From assembly GCA_050250895.1 (NCBI GenBank), contig JBFWNU010000010.1, positions 1 through 64,000 of the forward strand: DNA of 64,000 nucleotides, in the 5' to 3' direction. The first letter of the stretch is position 1. Each line of letters opens with the position of its first letter. Positions 49,881 to 58,947 of the stretch are shown here, in pieces. The notes below the pieces were generated by a model. The model saw only the letters and a list, made by a program, of their open reading frames with translations, made no database searches and was not told the DNA's origin. Source of the DNA: Vulcanimicrobiota bacterium (GTDB lineage: Bacteria; Vulcanimicrobiota; Xenobia; Xenobiales; JADMJV01). A program made the position numbers and the translations under genes.

Positions 49881-50143
49881 AGCCCCGAGTCTAACAGCCT
49901 TTCAGGAAACCCGATGTAACCTTGCCCACGAAGTGGGATACTTCACAGTTCAACCTGTGCCGGTCGCCAGGGTAGCGCTCGTGTTCCATCCACTTCCTGG
50001 GGGAAGAGGGTCCGGCTGACGCAGCCGACCCGGCCCGGGAAGGCGTCTCCTCGATGCTCTTTGCGCGGCGGTTGCCGGGGCGGCGACTGCTGGGGCTGGA
50101 TTGGGCGCCAGGGTCCCAACTCCCGGACTGCGAATTTGGTCTT

Positions 50144-51322
50144 GTGGGCAGCTTGTTTGGCAAACGAAAGGCGCGCTTCGGCCGGGCGGCCACGGAGCGC
50201 TTCCGCCAGGCGTTCCCTCAGAGCGAACCGCGGCTTGACGAGAAGGCTTTTGTCATCGACTTCTTTCACGAGGGCAACGCCGGCACGCTCCAACTCGACT
50301 CGTTCTATGGCCAGCTCGACCAGCATTCGCAGACCCAGGTGCTCGACCGTCTGGTGGCCGCACTAAGCGATTCCTTTGGCGGCCTGCCCGCCTTGTTTGA
50401 TGAAGCTCGCAAGTCGCTGTTGCCCCGCCTCACCTCGCGCGTTTTTCTGGAAGAGCTGCGGTTGAATCAACGACCGGCGCCCTTCCGGCTGGTGGGCGAT
50501 CGGCTGGTCGCCCTACTCGCTCTGGACCGGCCGACTTCGGTGGCCTACATCGATCAACAGCAACTGGAGAAATGGCACGTCCAGGTGGAGGAGACCTTCG
50601 AACTAGCTCTGCGCAATCTGGGCACCCGCAGCCCCCGGCCGCTATTTGAACGGTTGGCCGACGGTCTGTTCCAGTCGCCACGCCAAGATAGCTGGGACGC
50701 CAGCACCCTGCTGCTCTATCATCAGCAGCCCGAGCCGCCGAAGCTCGAGGGCGAGCCGGTAGTGTTGGTGGCCAATGCCGATGTCTTGTTGCTCACGGGT
50801 AGCCAGAATCGGGCTGGGCTCGAGTATCTGCTCGACGAAGGTGAAGCCTGTCTCGAGGCGCCCCGCCCCATCTGCGCCACTCCTTTGAGCGGACCTGACT
50901 GGAAGCCGTTACGATTGAGCCCCGAACACCCTCTGTATGCTCGCTGGCGCAGGCTGTTTTGTCAGAGCCAGGCCCTGGCTTATGCCGAGCAACGGGCCGT
51001 GCTCGAGCGCGCCTTCGACCAACGAGGCGAGGATGTCTGGGTGGGCAACTACGGCCTGATTTCGGCTCCTGAGCGACCCGAGACAACCCTGAGCTGGACC
51101 GTCTGGCCTCAGGATGTGGTCGGCCTGATGCCTCACACCGACCTGCTGGGGGTGGTGGCAGACGACCAGCAGTCTCCCGAACTGTATGACTTCGAATCGG
51201 TCCTAAAAGCAGTCGGCGACCGCCTCGAACTGGTGCCCGAGTGCTGGCCGCCGCGCTATCGCTTTACGGGCTTTCCCACCGAGGAAGAACGCAAGCGGTT
51301 CGTGGGTCGCGAGCCGGATTAG
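50144..51322 (+). CDS. DUF1444-like hypothetical protein
   Basis: SLLPRL, LALDRPTSVAYI..LEKW...ALRNL, DSWDASTLL; start uncertain (50054 or 50144). Confidence 0.7.
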   Translation: MGSLFGKRKARFGRAATERFRQAFPQSEPRLDEKAFVIDFFHEGNAGTLQLDSFYGQLDQHSQTQVLDRLVAALSDSFGGLPALFDEARKSLLPRLTSRVFLEELRLNQRPAPFRLVGDRLVALLALDRPTSVAYIDQQQLEKWHVQVEETFELALRNLGTRSPRPLFERLADGLFQSPRQDSWDASTLLLYHQQPEPPKLEGEPVVLVANADVLLLTGSQNRAGLEYLLDEGEACLEAPRPICATPLSGPDWKPLRLSPEHPLYARWRRLFCQSQALAYAEQRAVLERAFDQRGEDVWVGNYGLISAPERPETTLSWTVWPQDVVGLMPHTDLLGVVADDQQSPELYDFESVLKAVGDRLELVPECWPPRYRFTGFPTEEERKRFVGREPD

Positions 51323-51771
51323 GCGTGGCGAGCTTTCTCTTCCATGTCGTTGCGCCAGGTGCCGAGCATACCCAGGGCGGCCCCGCAACCGACCACCAGA
51401 CCAACGCGCAGCGGGGTGGGAGCGGCGTGCGCCGAAGCGGTCAGGGCTCCCAGAATGGTGGGCCAGATGGCCGTGCGAATGGCCTCGGCGTTGCTCACTC
51501 CCAGGCCTTTGTAGAAACCGGCCGTGAGGGCGCCGCCAGCAATGGCGCCGGGATAGCTCAAGGCCATGCCGCCGATCTGAGGCAGCGAGAACCCGACCAC
51601 GCCGAGCACGGCGCCCTGGGCGTAGCGAGGGAGGCTGCCGAGGGCTCTGGCCAGAGGCGGACGGTCGTCGATTTCGACCTTATCTTGAGGCTCGGGGTTG
51701 GGACCGGGCTGCGGGCCCGGGGCCGAGCTGGCTCGGCGGTTGAGTTGGGGGATAGCCGGTGTAATCTGCAT
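51319..51771 (-). CDS. Small Gly/Ala-rich membrane protein with disordered N-terminus
   Basis: AGGAG RBS; MQITP...PQDKVEI, then several hydrophobic GxxxG segments. Confidence 0.7.
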   Translation of the reverse strand: MQITPAIPQLNRRASSAPGPQPGPNPEPQDKVEIDDRPPLARALGSLPRYAQGAVLGVVGFSLPQIGGMALSYPGAIAGGALTAGFYKGLGVSNAEAIRTAIWPTILGALTASAHAAPTPLRVGLVVGCGAALGMLGTWRNDMEEKARHA

Positions 51772-52025
51772 CGTTTGCTCCTGTAGTCCTTCACGTTAGA
51801 CAATACCAGGTAGCGGCCCCGGATCGGTTGCCAAACCGTTGCCAGTCGGTCAGCCGACGGAGTAGGTCACCGCTTGGTCGCTCTGGGCCATACCGTGCCA
51901 GCCGTGCTCCATCGCCCGCGACGACTCGAGCAGGCTTCGCGACCCGGGCTGGGGCGGGCGACTTCGACCTGCTCTGGCGCTAGGCGCCGAGGAGCAAGCC
52001 TGAGCCTCGCAGAACACGAATGCCA

Positions 52026-53084
52026 ATGGCACGAGGTCTGTCCGGCAAGGCGCTGTCTCAAGAACTGGCGATTTTTTACCGTTGCCTTTCGGTATTGCTC
52101 AATTCTGGTGTCCAGATTCTGCGCTCGCTCGAGGCCGGGGCGCAACAGTGCAGCATCCCGCCGCTGGCCGCGGCTATCGGGTCGGCCCGGGGAGCAGTCG
52201 CGTCGGGTAAACGGCTCTCGGTGGCCCTGACCGGCTTCCCGTCCTTCTTCACCACTCTCCAGGTGAGAATGATCGCGGTCGGCGAGAATACCGGCGGTTT
52301 ACACGTCATCCTCGAGCGGTTGGCCGAGCAAGCCGAGAAAAGCGTGGCTCTGCGCCAGAAAGTCGCTTCGGCCCTGACCTATCCGCTGCTGGTCCTGGGC
52401 CTGGCCCTGTTGCTGTTGTTGGCCGCCCCGGCTCTGGTCTTCAAAGACTTGCTGCGCCTGTTTAGTGAATTGGGCGTCGAGCTGCCCTGGACGACCCGAC
52501 TGATGCTGTTTGCCGCCAATCTCTTGTCAGGGCCGTGGCCCTATCTGCTGCTCGTGCTGATCGGCCTGCTCGGTTGGTATGGCTATGGTCAGATCGAGCA
52601 ACACCCTGGCCTCAAAGCCCGGTGGGAAGCTTTCCTACTGGCTGTGCCGGGGCTGGGCACGGCCTTCAGAATGGCCGCTACGGCCGAGTTCTGCGGTGCT
52701 CTCGCCTTGTGTTATTCCAGCGGTCTGCCGGTGGTGCAGGCGGTCACGCTGTGCGCGGGTGCGACCGGTTCGGTGCTGATGGAACAGGCCGGCCAGCTGG
52801 CCCGCCAGAGCCTATTGGAGGGCGAGACCCTATATGAGAGCCTGCGCGCGAGTCAGCTGCTCACCCCGGTCTTGTTAGGGCTGTTGGCGGCCGGCGAAGA
52901 GTCGGGCCAGGTGGCGAGTTCGCTAGAAGACGTGGCCGAGATGGCCGAGGCCAATCTCGAGGTGGCGGTGGAACGGGCCACAGCCCTGCTCGAGCCGCTG
53001 GTCTTGCTCGTAATCGGTGGGGTGGTCGGCTTCATGGTGATAGCCACCCTTTCACCCCTGGCCCGCGTGTTGCAAGTGCTATGA
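52026..53084 (+). CDS. PilC/GspF (T2SS F) platform protein
   Basis: SGVQILRSL, GENTGGL, ALTYP, SGLPVVQAV, GEESG, LLEP. Confidence 0.93.
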   Translation: MARGLSGKALSQELAIFYRCLSVLLNSGVQILRSLEAGAQQCSIPPLAAAIGSARGAVASGKRLSVALTGFPSFFTTLQVRMIAVGENTGGLHVILERLAEQAEKSVALRQKVASALTYPLLVLGLALLLLLAAPALVFKDLLRLFSELGVELPWTTRLMLFAANLLSGPWPYLLLVLIGLLGWYGYGQIEQHPGLKARWEAFLLAVPGLGTAFRMAATAEFCGALALCYSSGLPVVQAVTLCAGATGSVLMEQAGQLARQSLLEGETLYESLRASQLLTPVLLGLLAAGEESGQVASSLEDVAEMAEANLEVAVERATALLEPLVLLVIGGVVGFMVIATLSPLARVLQVL

Positions 53085-53089
53085 TGCGC

Positions 53090-53095
53090 TATAAT
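53090..53095 (+). promoter_or_regulatory. -10 box of a putative leaderless transcript
   Basis: TATAAT 6 nt upstream of ATG 53102. Confidence 0.55.
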
Positions 53096-53101
53096 GGTGG
53101 G

Positions 53102-54898
53102 ATGAGGCGACGAGGATCGGTGCTGGGCACCGTCATCATGGTGATCGGGGTGGCCCTTATGGCCGCCCTGGTGGTATCGGGCGCCAGCACGTTTCATCTG
53201 CAGGCCTCCCAACGTATCGTCAACTCGCAAACGGCGGCCAACCTGGCCGAGTCGGCCATTCATCAGGCCCTCGCCGCCCTTCAGGACGATCCCGAAAGCC
53301 TTCCCGAGGTGGATCTCTCTGGTCTTCCCGGCCTGCCCGACGGCGCCTTTGCTCGGGTGACCTTCGATCGGAGTAGCCCGTTCTTCTCCACTAACAACTT
53401 CAAAGGGGGCTCGCCCAACGGTTGGAACGGCCGTCAAGTGCCCGTAGGCAAGATCCACGTGGTGGCGGTGGCCGGCTGCAACGGGGTCGAGCGCCACATC
53501 GAGACGCTGCTGCATCTGCCCACTTACCCGGCCGCGATTGCGGTGTCGGGTCAGTTGACCCTCAAGAACACCCTGGTAGCCGGCCTGGGCGAGGCCGCTG
53601 TGACCATGAGCGGCGGCCAGATCACTTATGATGAAGACGATCTGAAGCCGGGCGATGTGGCTACCAATAACGGCAACGCCAGCGATTCTCTGGTCTTGGA
53701 TGCGGGCAGCCTGGTGAAAGGCAACGCCCAGGCCCGAGGCGGCATCCAGCGGCTGGGAACCTCGGTAGTGGAGGGGGAGGTCCGCAGTCCCTGGACCGAC
53801 TTCGCCAAGCTGCCCGACATCAAGATTTCTGACTATGATCCGCGCACCCGCACCGACACTTACTTCGACACGCTGGTCCCGCCCCCGGGGGGATTCGGAG
53901 GGCTTGACCTGACCGGAGTCTCCCTGGTGGAAGGAGATCTGGTGGTGACCGGGCCCGCGCGGCTGGACAACGCCGTCCTTTTCGTGGATGGAACGCTTCG
54001 ACTCGAAGGGGGGCTGAGCGGAAGCGGGGCCGTGTTCGTCGCCGGCCCGGCCGACATCAAAGGTGGGGTCAATCTCCAGACGGACGACTCGGTGGCGCTG
54101 CTGGCTAACGGCGATGTTCGCGTCTGGGGCGACGACCGTCTCACGAACGTCTTCCAGGGGACTGTCTACTGCAAGAGTTCGGTCAGCATTGAACGGGTCA
54201 CGCTGGTGGGCACCTTCATCCAGGACAGTGACGATCCCGGCAAAACCACGACGGTCATCGATTCTAACCTGTTCTATAGCGCCGCCGGAGCCAATCCCAG
54301 GTTTGTGTGGCCGATCAGCCTGACCGTACCGAACCTCTCCCCAGACGTGGCGGTCACCGGGGGAAGCAATCCCGACGGCACGGACCAGCCCATTTCTGCG
54401 TTTGGGAAGGACAAGGATGGAGACGGCGTCGGCGATTCTTGGAATGCAGCCAACATCTTTCTTGACCCACCCCTCGGCCCGGGAGCCAATAGCTGGGCCA
54501 GTACCGACGTCTGCTTGATCGAGATTCTCGAGATCGACAACCAGCAGATCTTCAGGGTTCGCAGTTGGGGGCGAGATTACGATGGAAACCCGGTCTACAA
54601 TCCCGACGGCTCCCCGGCGTTCGGCACGTTCAGCTATACCGGAGAGGCCGAGTTTCTGCAAAACTATCCCAACGATATGGTCTATGGCCCCGGGGGCTCG
54701 GGCGGCTACACCGAGTTCACCACCGATGATGTGGTGCCTACTCCCGAACAGGTCCGGGCTGCCCTCGAGAGCACACTGGCCAAGGTCAAAGCCCGAACGG
54801 GCGAACCCGGCAGCTGGAGTGTCTATCTCTCTTTTGACCCCAACGAGTTTCTGGCCCGCGACGACACCCTGCGCGTCCTGATGTGGCGCGAATTCTAG
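53102..54898 (+). CDS. Large PilX/GspK-like protein, paralog 3
   Basis: RRG|SVLGT, AANLAESAI, STNN, LFVDGTL, QGTVY, ends MWREF; collinear with paralogs 1 and 2. Confidence 0.78.
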   Translation: MRRRGSVLGTVIMVIGVALMAALVVSGASTFHLQASQRIVNSQTAANLAESAIHQALAALQDDPESLPEVDLSGLPGLPDGAFARVTFDRSSPFFSTNNFKGGSPNGWNGRQVPVGKIHVVAVAGCNGVERHIETLLHLPTYPAAIAVSGQLTLKNTLVAGLGEAAVTMSGGQITYDEDDLKPGDVATNNGNASDSLVLDAGSLVKGNAQARGGIQRLGTSVVEGEVRSPWTDFAKLPDIKISDYDPRTRTDTYFDTLVPPPGGFGGLDLTGVSLVEGDLVVTGPARLDNAVLFVDGTLRLEGGLSGSGAVFVAGPADIKGGVNLQTDDSVALLANGDVRVWGDDRLTNVFQGTVYCKSSVSIERVTLVGTFIQDSDDPGKTTTVIDSNLFYSAAGANPRFVWPISLTVPNLSPDVAVTGGSNPDGTDQPISAFGKDKDGDGVGDSWNAANIFLDPPLGPGANSWASTDVCLIEILEIDNQQIFRVRSWGRDYDGNPVYNPDGSPAFGTFSYTGEAEFLQNYPNDMVYGPGGSGGYTEFTTDDVVPTPEQVRAALESTLAKVKARTGEPGSWSVYLSFDPNEFLARDDTLRVLMWREF

Positions 54899-56169
54899 CC
54901 GAGGGCCCGGCGCAGGGCGGCGAAGGCCTCTTGCAGATCGTCGAATCGTTCTGGGGGTGTTTTGGCCAGCATCTTCCGGAGCACCCCATCGACCTCGGCG
55001 GGTAGTTCGGGGCGCCAGTTGCTGAGCGGGGGCGGCTCTTCGCTGACGTGTTTCATAACCGTCTCGATGGCGTTTTCAGGGCTGTAGAACGGCGGCTCGC
55101 CGGCCAGCATCTCGAAGGTCATAATGCCCAGGGCATACTGGTCCGAGGCCGGTGACGTGCCGGCCCCGGTCACCTGTTCCGGCGCCATATAGGCCGGAGT
55201 TCCAAAGATACTGCCGGTGCGGGTGATGGTGGTCGAGTCATTCTTGCGAGCCAGGCCGAAGTCGGCCACTTTGATCGACTGCTCGGGCGTCACCAGCACG
55301 TTTTCGGGCTTGAGGTCGCGATGGACGATGCCGCGCGAGTGGGCGAAGGCCACCCCCTCCACGATCGGTTTTAGCAGGGCCAGCACCGTGGCCGGCTCGA
55401 GCTTGCGACCGTCGATCTCTTCGCGCAGGGTCTGGCCCTCGACCAACTCCATCACCATGAAGTAGCGCCCGTTGAAACTGTCGAAGTCGTAAAGATTGAC
55501 GATGTTGGGATGCTGCAGCTCGCGACAGATTTTGACCTCGCGGCGAAACCGGTCCATAAACTCGCCGTCTTCGCCGCTGTCGTCGTGAAGGAGTTTGAGG
55601 GCATACTCGTCCTGGGGCCGGTCGACCGGAGTGACCCGGTAGACGGTGGCCATACCTCCGCGCCCCAGCCGCTCGAGCAGCAGATAGTTGCCGATATGTT
55701 TGCCCACCTGATCATCGTTGGAGGGCACGATGCGCGATTCGAAGTCGACGACCTTCTGGGCTTCTCGTCTGGCTTTGGAGCGCACACTCAGGCCCCACAC
55801 TCCGCCCCCCAGCAAGAATCCCAACAGGGTCAGTGGCACCGGCGTCAACAGCGGGATCAGTGGGTTGACCGGGGTTAGCCGAAACGGCTCGCCGGCCGGC
55901 CATTCGTAACCCTCGCCGCGTCGAGCCAGCGTGACCATGGCGGGGGCGTCCTGATAACCCCATTTCTTGATGACTACGCGAAAGCTCTGTCCCCGGGGTC
56001 TCGTCATGGCGAAGACCCTACCCGAGGGTCCCAGTAATTGGGGCACGGGGTCGCTGGTAACGTGATAGACGCTGGCCCCCGACGGGCTGGTCTTGAAAAG
56101 TACGTCCACGACTTCCTCGGCGAAGGCTGGGGAAGAAAGGACGAGCAGCCATAGGACCAGTCGCTTCAT
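54895..56169 (-). CDS. Membrane Ser/Thr protein kinase with N-terminal PEGA-like domain
   Basis: Signal MKRLVLWLLVLSSPAFA, TSPSGASVY, TM, LGRGGMATVY, HRDLKPEN, DFG, APE. Confidence 0.95.
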   Translation of the reverse strand: MKRLVLWLLVLSSPAFAEEVVDVLFKTSPSGASVYHVTSDPVPQLLGPSGRVFAMTRPRGQSFRVVIKKWGYQDAPAMVTLARRGEGYEWPAGEPFRLTPVNPLIPLLTPVPLTLLGFLLGGGVWGLSVRSKARREAQKVVDFESRIVPSNDDQVGKHIGNYLLLERLGRGGMATVYRVTPVDRPQDEYALKLLHDDSGEDGEFMDRFRREVKICRELQHPNIVNLYDFDSFNGRYFMVMELVEGQTLREEIDGRKLEPATVLALLKPIVEGVAFAHSRGIVHRDLKPENVLVTPEQSIKVADFGLARKNDSTTITRTGSIFGTPAYMAPEQVTGAGTSPASDQYALGIMTFEMLAGEPPFYSPENAIETVMKHVSEEPPPLSNWRPELPAEVDGVLRKMLAKTPPERFDDLQEAFAALRRALG

Positions 56170-56576
56170 CGTTTGAGATCGGCCAGCCGTAACTCTTGAG
56201 TGAGGGCCTGGGAGCCGCTGCGGTCGTTCCATTGGATGGTCAGGCGCAGGCGCACCAGGTGGTCGGTCGGGATGCCGGGCACGGCTTCGATGGTCAGGTG
56301 AGGCTCGAGCACCGTGCTATCCTCGCAGGTGTAGCGGGCCAGGGGAAGGGCCCCTGGCGTATCGGCGTCGTAGCTGCCCGGGACGAGATCGACGAAAGGA
56401 GCGGCCCGGGCGGCCTCGAGGATCGATTCGGCCAGGGCGGCCGCATCCAAACGATGCTCGGCTTTGCGCACTCCGATCATGGTGGCCGGGAAAATATTGA
56501 GCATGAACAAGAACACCAGGGCCAGCAGCGAGGCTCCCAGCACGACTTCCATGAGGTTTACGCCGCGATTTTTCAT
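56166..56576 (-). CDS. PilV/GspI-like minor pilin
   Basis: NRG|VNLME; similar to 30842..31225. Confidence 0.82.
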   Translation of the reverse strand: MKNRGVNLMEVVLGASLLALVFLFMLNIFPATMIGVRKAEHRLDAAALAESILEAARAAPFVDLVPGSYDADTPGALPLARYTCEDSTVLEPHLTIEAVPGIPTDHLVRLRLTIQWNDRSGSQALTQELRLADLKR

Positions 56577-57196
56577 CGTTGTTCTCGGGTGAAGGCGGTG
56601 CGGGAATAGACGACCCGCTCGGCCTGCTGGCGACCTCCAGCGATGGTCTTTTCCATCACCAACTCAAAGCGAATAGGCATCTTCATGAGCAGGTCGTCGC
56701 CACTTTGCAGAATGGAAAACGAGGTCACGTCGCGGGCCAGCACCGACACCGGGGCGGGACGACTGACGATGTCGGCCAGTTCATCGGGGGTCAGTTTCTT
56801 GGGCTTGGAGCGGCGAGTCTGGGCCGGGGTCGGGGCCGGGTCGCCGGGCGGCCACTGGCGCCGCAGCAACTGGCCTCTGGCTCGGTCGAAGTAGAAAATC
56901 ACGTAGGACTCGGACCAGATCAAGTCTCCGTTGGGACGGACCTCTTCGAGAGGATTGACAGCCACGCAGACGGGGTCAGTCGAGCGCAGCGACAGCCCGG
57001 CCGGAGAGGTGCTCTCGGCTTCGCGCACCAGGCGCGAGAGAGCGATGACAGCCCGCTGGTCGAGTTCTACGCGGGTGGCTGAGCGGGTCGAGGCGCGCAG
57101 AGCCGGCATCAGGTACCCGGCGGCCAGCCCCAACACCAGCAAGGCCAGGGTTGCCGCAATGACGATTTCGGCCAGCGTGAAGGCTCGACGAATCAT
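56573..57196 (-). CDS. PilW/GspJ-like minor pilin
   Basis: RRA|FTLAE; similar to 31212..31802 (WPPG motif). Confidence 0.82.
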   Translation of the reverse strand: MIRRAFTLAEIVIAATLALLVLGLAAGYLMPALRASTRSATRVELDQRAVIALSRLVREAESTSPAGLSLRSTDPVCVAVNPLEEVRPNGDLIWSESYVIFYFDRARGQLLRRQWPPGDPAPTPAQTRRSKPKKLTPDELADIVSRPAPVSVLARDVTSFSILQSGDDLLMKMPIRFELVMEKTIAGGRQQAERVVYSRTAFTREQR

Positions 57197-57202
57197 CCCC
57201 GA

Positions 57203-57211
57203 AGTATACCA
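57203..57211 (-). promoter_or_regulatory. Extended -10 box of a putative leaderless transcript
   Basis: TGGTATACT 6 nt upstream of ATG 57196. Confidence 0.55.
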
Positions 57212-57234
57212 TAAGGCCGAGTCGAGCGCCCGGC

Positions 57235-58731
57235 TTAGACGTGGCTTACTTCGAGTTCGCCCGTGGCGCAGCGCACCGCCCCCCACAGGCGAGTCGTGGC
57301 CTGGGCCGACGGCATGTCGACCACCTCGAAGCCATACTCACGGTAGACCGCGCGGGCCACTTCATCCAGGCTGACTCCGTAAACCGGCATGTAGACCCGC
57401 CTTACCCCGTCGTAACACTCCATCAAGACGTTGTTGTAGGTCAGATAGGGTGTGAGCAAGCCTACTCCCGCCAGGTTGGGCAGGCGCACCACCCGCAAGC
57501 CCAATCCTCGAAGTTTCTCGGCGGCACGCTCATAGCTTTCGGCTAGACCGGCCGATTTGGTGGCTTCGACCAGCGGCTTGAACTCGGGCCCGACCATAGC
57601 CATCGAACTCTTGGGGTCGGCCACCGCCACCGTGTCGTCATCGAGAAACGTAAAGCCCAGGTCGAGGTGAAAGTCGGGCTGAGGCTCGATGACGATGGCT
57701 TCACGGCCCAGAATCTTGCCGAAGCGGTCGACCACCTCCGCCTTGGAGAGGCCGAGGTTGGTCATGGTGCGAGCCACCGAATGCCCACCCACCAGCACCT
57801 GGCGACCACTGGCCACCACGTCGCCGCCCTCGAACGACAAGCAAGACCGACGCACCAGCAAATCGGGCAAGACCTCTTGCAGGCGCGCCGGTGCCGCCCC
57901 GCTGCCCTGCACCACCACCCGATTGAGAGCCGGGTCCACCTGGCCATCGCCGCGAAAGGTGCGGGGCAGCAGTAATACCGCTCGACCGTCGGCGGTGCGG
58001 GTCAACAGGGCTCCGTCGCGAGCCCACATGGTGAGGGGAGAGTAGAGCCGCTCGGCCGTTGAAAAGAGCACCATCGGGTGGATGTGCACGCGCTCGGGGC
58101 GGGGCACCGACCATTTGGCCAGCAAGCGCCGCAACTCGTCGCCGCTCTGGCCCTCGGCCACCACATGCACCACCACCTCGGCCGAAAGACGGGTGAGAAG
58201 ATCGTGAAAGAGCTGCCTCTGGGCCGACAGGGCCGGCTCGACGAAGGTCTCGGGCCACTGCAGTCGCAGCGCTCGGATGCGACCCTGGTTCGAGGCCACC
58301 ACTTCGAGCGGGCCCAACTCTTCGACCTTTTCGCTCACTTCGTAGGCGGGCCGCGGTCGCACCGGAGTCCGGTTGGGATTCTTGGGGACCTGCCAGCCTT
58401 TGGTCGTGGGCCGAGCGTCCCACTCGCTCTGCTCTTCTTGGGGCAGTAGTCCAAAGGCCATCTGGCCGGCTGCCTGGCGGCCCACCCGCCGGCTTAGCTC
58501 GCCCCAGGCGGTCAGGTTCCCCTCAAGGGTTGGCGGCCAGGGGCGCGGCGACTCGATGGCCAGGCGGGCCAGACCTCGTTGGGGCATTTGTTGACCGGGC
58601 TCTTTGACACTTCCGAATTCGACCCGGTCGGCGCTGCCAGCCGGCTTGCCAGCGGCGGGTTTGCTGACCCTATCGGTAGGACCGAGCGGATACGACTCGA
58701 GCGGAAATCCCGCCGGCGGCAAAGGTTGCAT
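57235..58731 (-). CDS. Pentein (agmatine/peptidylarginine deiminase-like) protein
   Basis: WARD, EGGD, FHLD, TYNN, GAVRCAT. Confidence 0.8.
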   Translation of the reverse strand: MQPLPPAGFPLESYPLGPTDRVSKPAAGKPAGSADRVEFGSVKEPGQQMPQRGLARLAIESPRPWPPTLEGNLTAWGELSRRVGRQAAGQMAFGLLPQEEQSEWDARPTTKGWQVPKNPNRTPVRPRPAYEVSEKVEELGPLEVVASNQGRIRALRLQWPETFVEPALSAQRQLFHDLLTRLSAEVVVHVVAEGQSGDELRRLLAKWSVPRPERVHIHPMVLFSTAERLYSPLTMWARDGALLTRTADGRAVLLLPRTFRGDGQVDPALNRVVVQGSGAAPARLQEVLPDLLVRRSCLSFEGGDVVASGRQVLVGGHSVARTMTNLGLSKAEVVDRFGKILGREAIVIEPQPDFHLDLGFTFLDDDTVAVADPKSSMAMVGPEFKPLVEATKSAGLAESYERAAEKLRGLGLRVVRLPNLAGVGLLTPYLTYNNVLMECYDGVRRVYMPVYGVSLDEVARAVYREYGFEVVDMPSAQATTRLWGAVRCATGELEVSHV

Positions 58732-58895
58732 GTCCCCATCCTAGGCAATTGGGCCGGTCGTGGTCAATTACGCGAGACTGAGCAATTCTGTAACATTCGG
58801 TTCTGTTTCTGCAATACACATCGATGTTGCCAAAGCTTTTCGAAAAGGTAACGATCTGGCGAGGCCATTGAACCAGGTTTTGTCGTGTCCTACAC

Positions 58896-58911
58896 TGGCA
58901 TGGGGCTAGCT
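58896..58911 (+). promoter_or_regulatory. Candidate sigma54 -24/-12 promoter
   Basis: TGGCATG-GGGC-TAGCT with GG-N10-GC spacing, upstream of 58948. Confidence 0.55.
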
Positions 58912-58947
58912 CAAATACAAAACAGGCAGTCCCGAAAGAGGTAGTGT

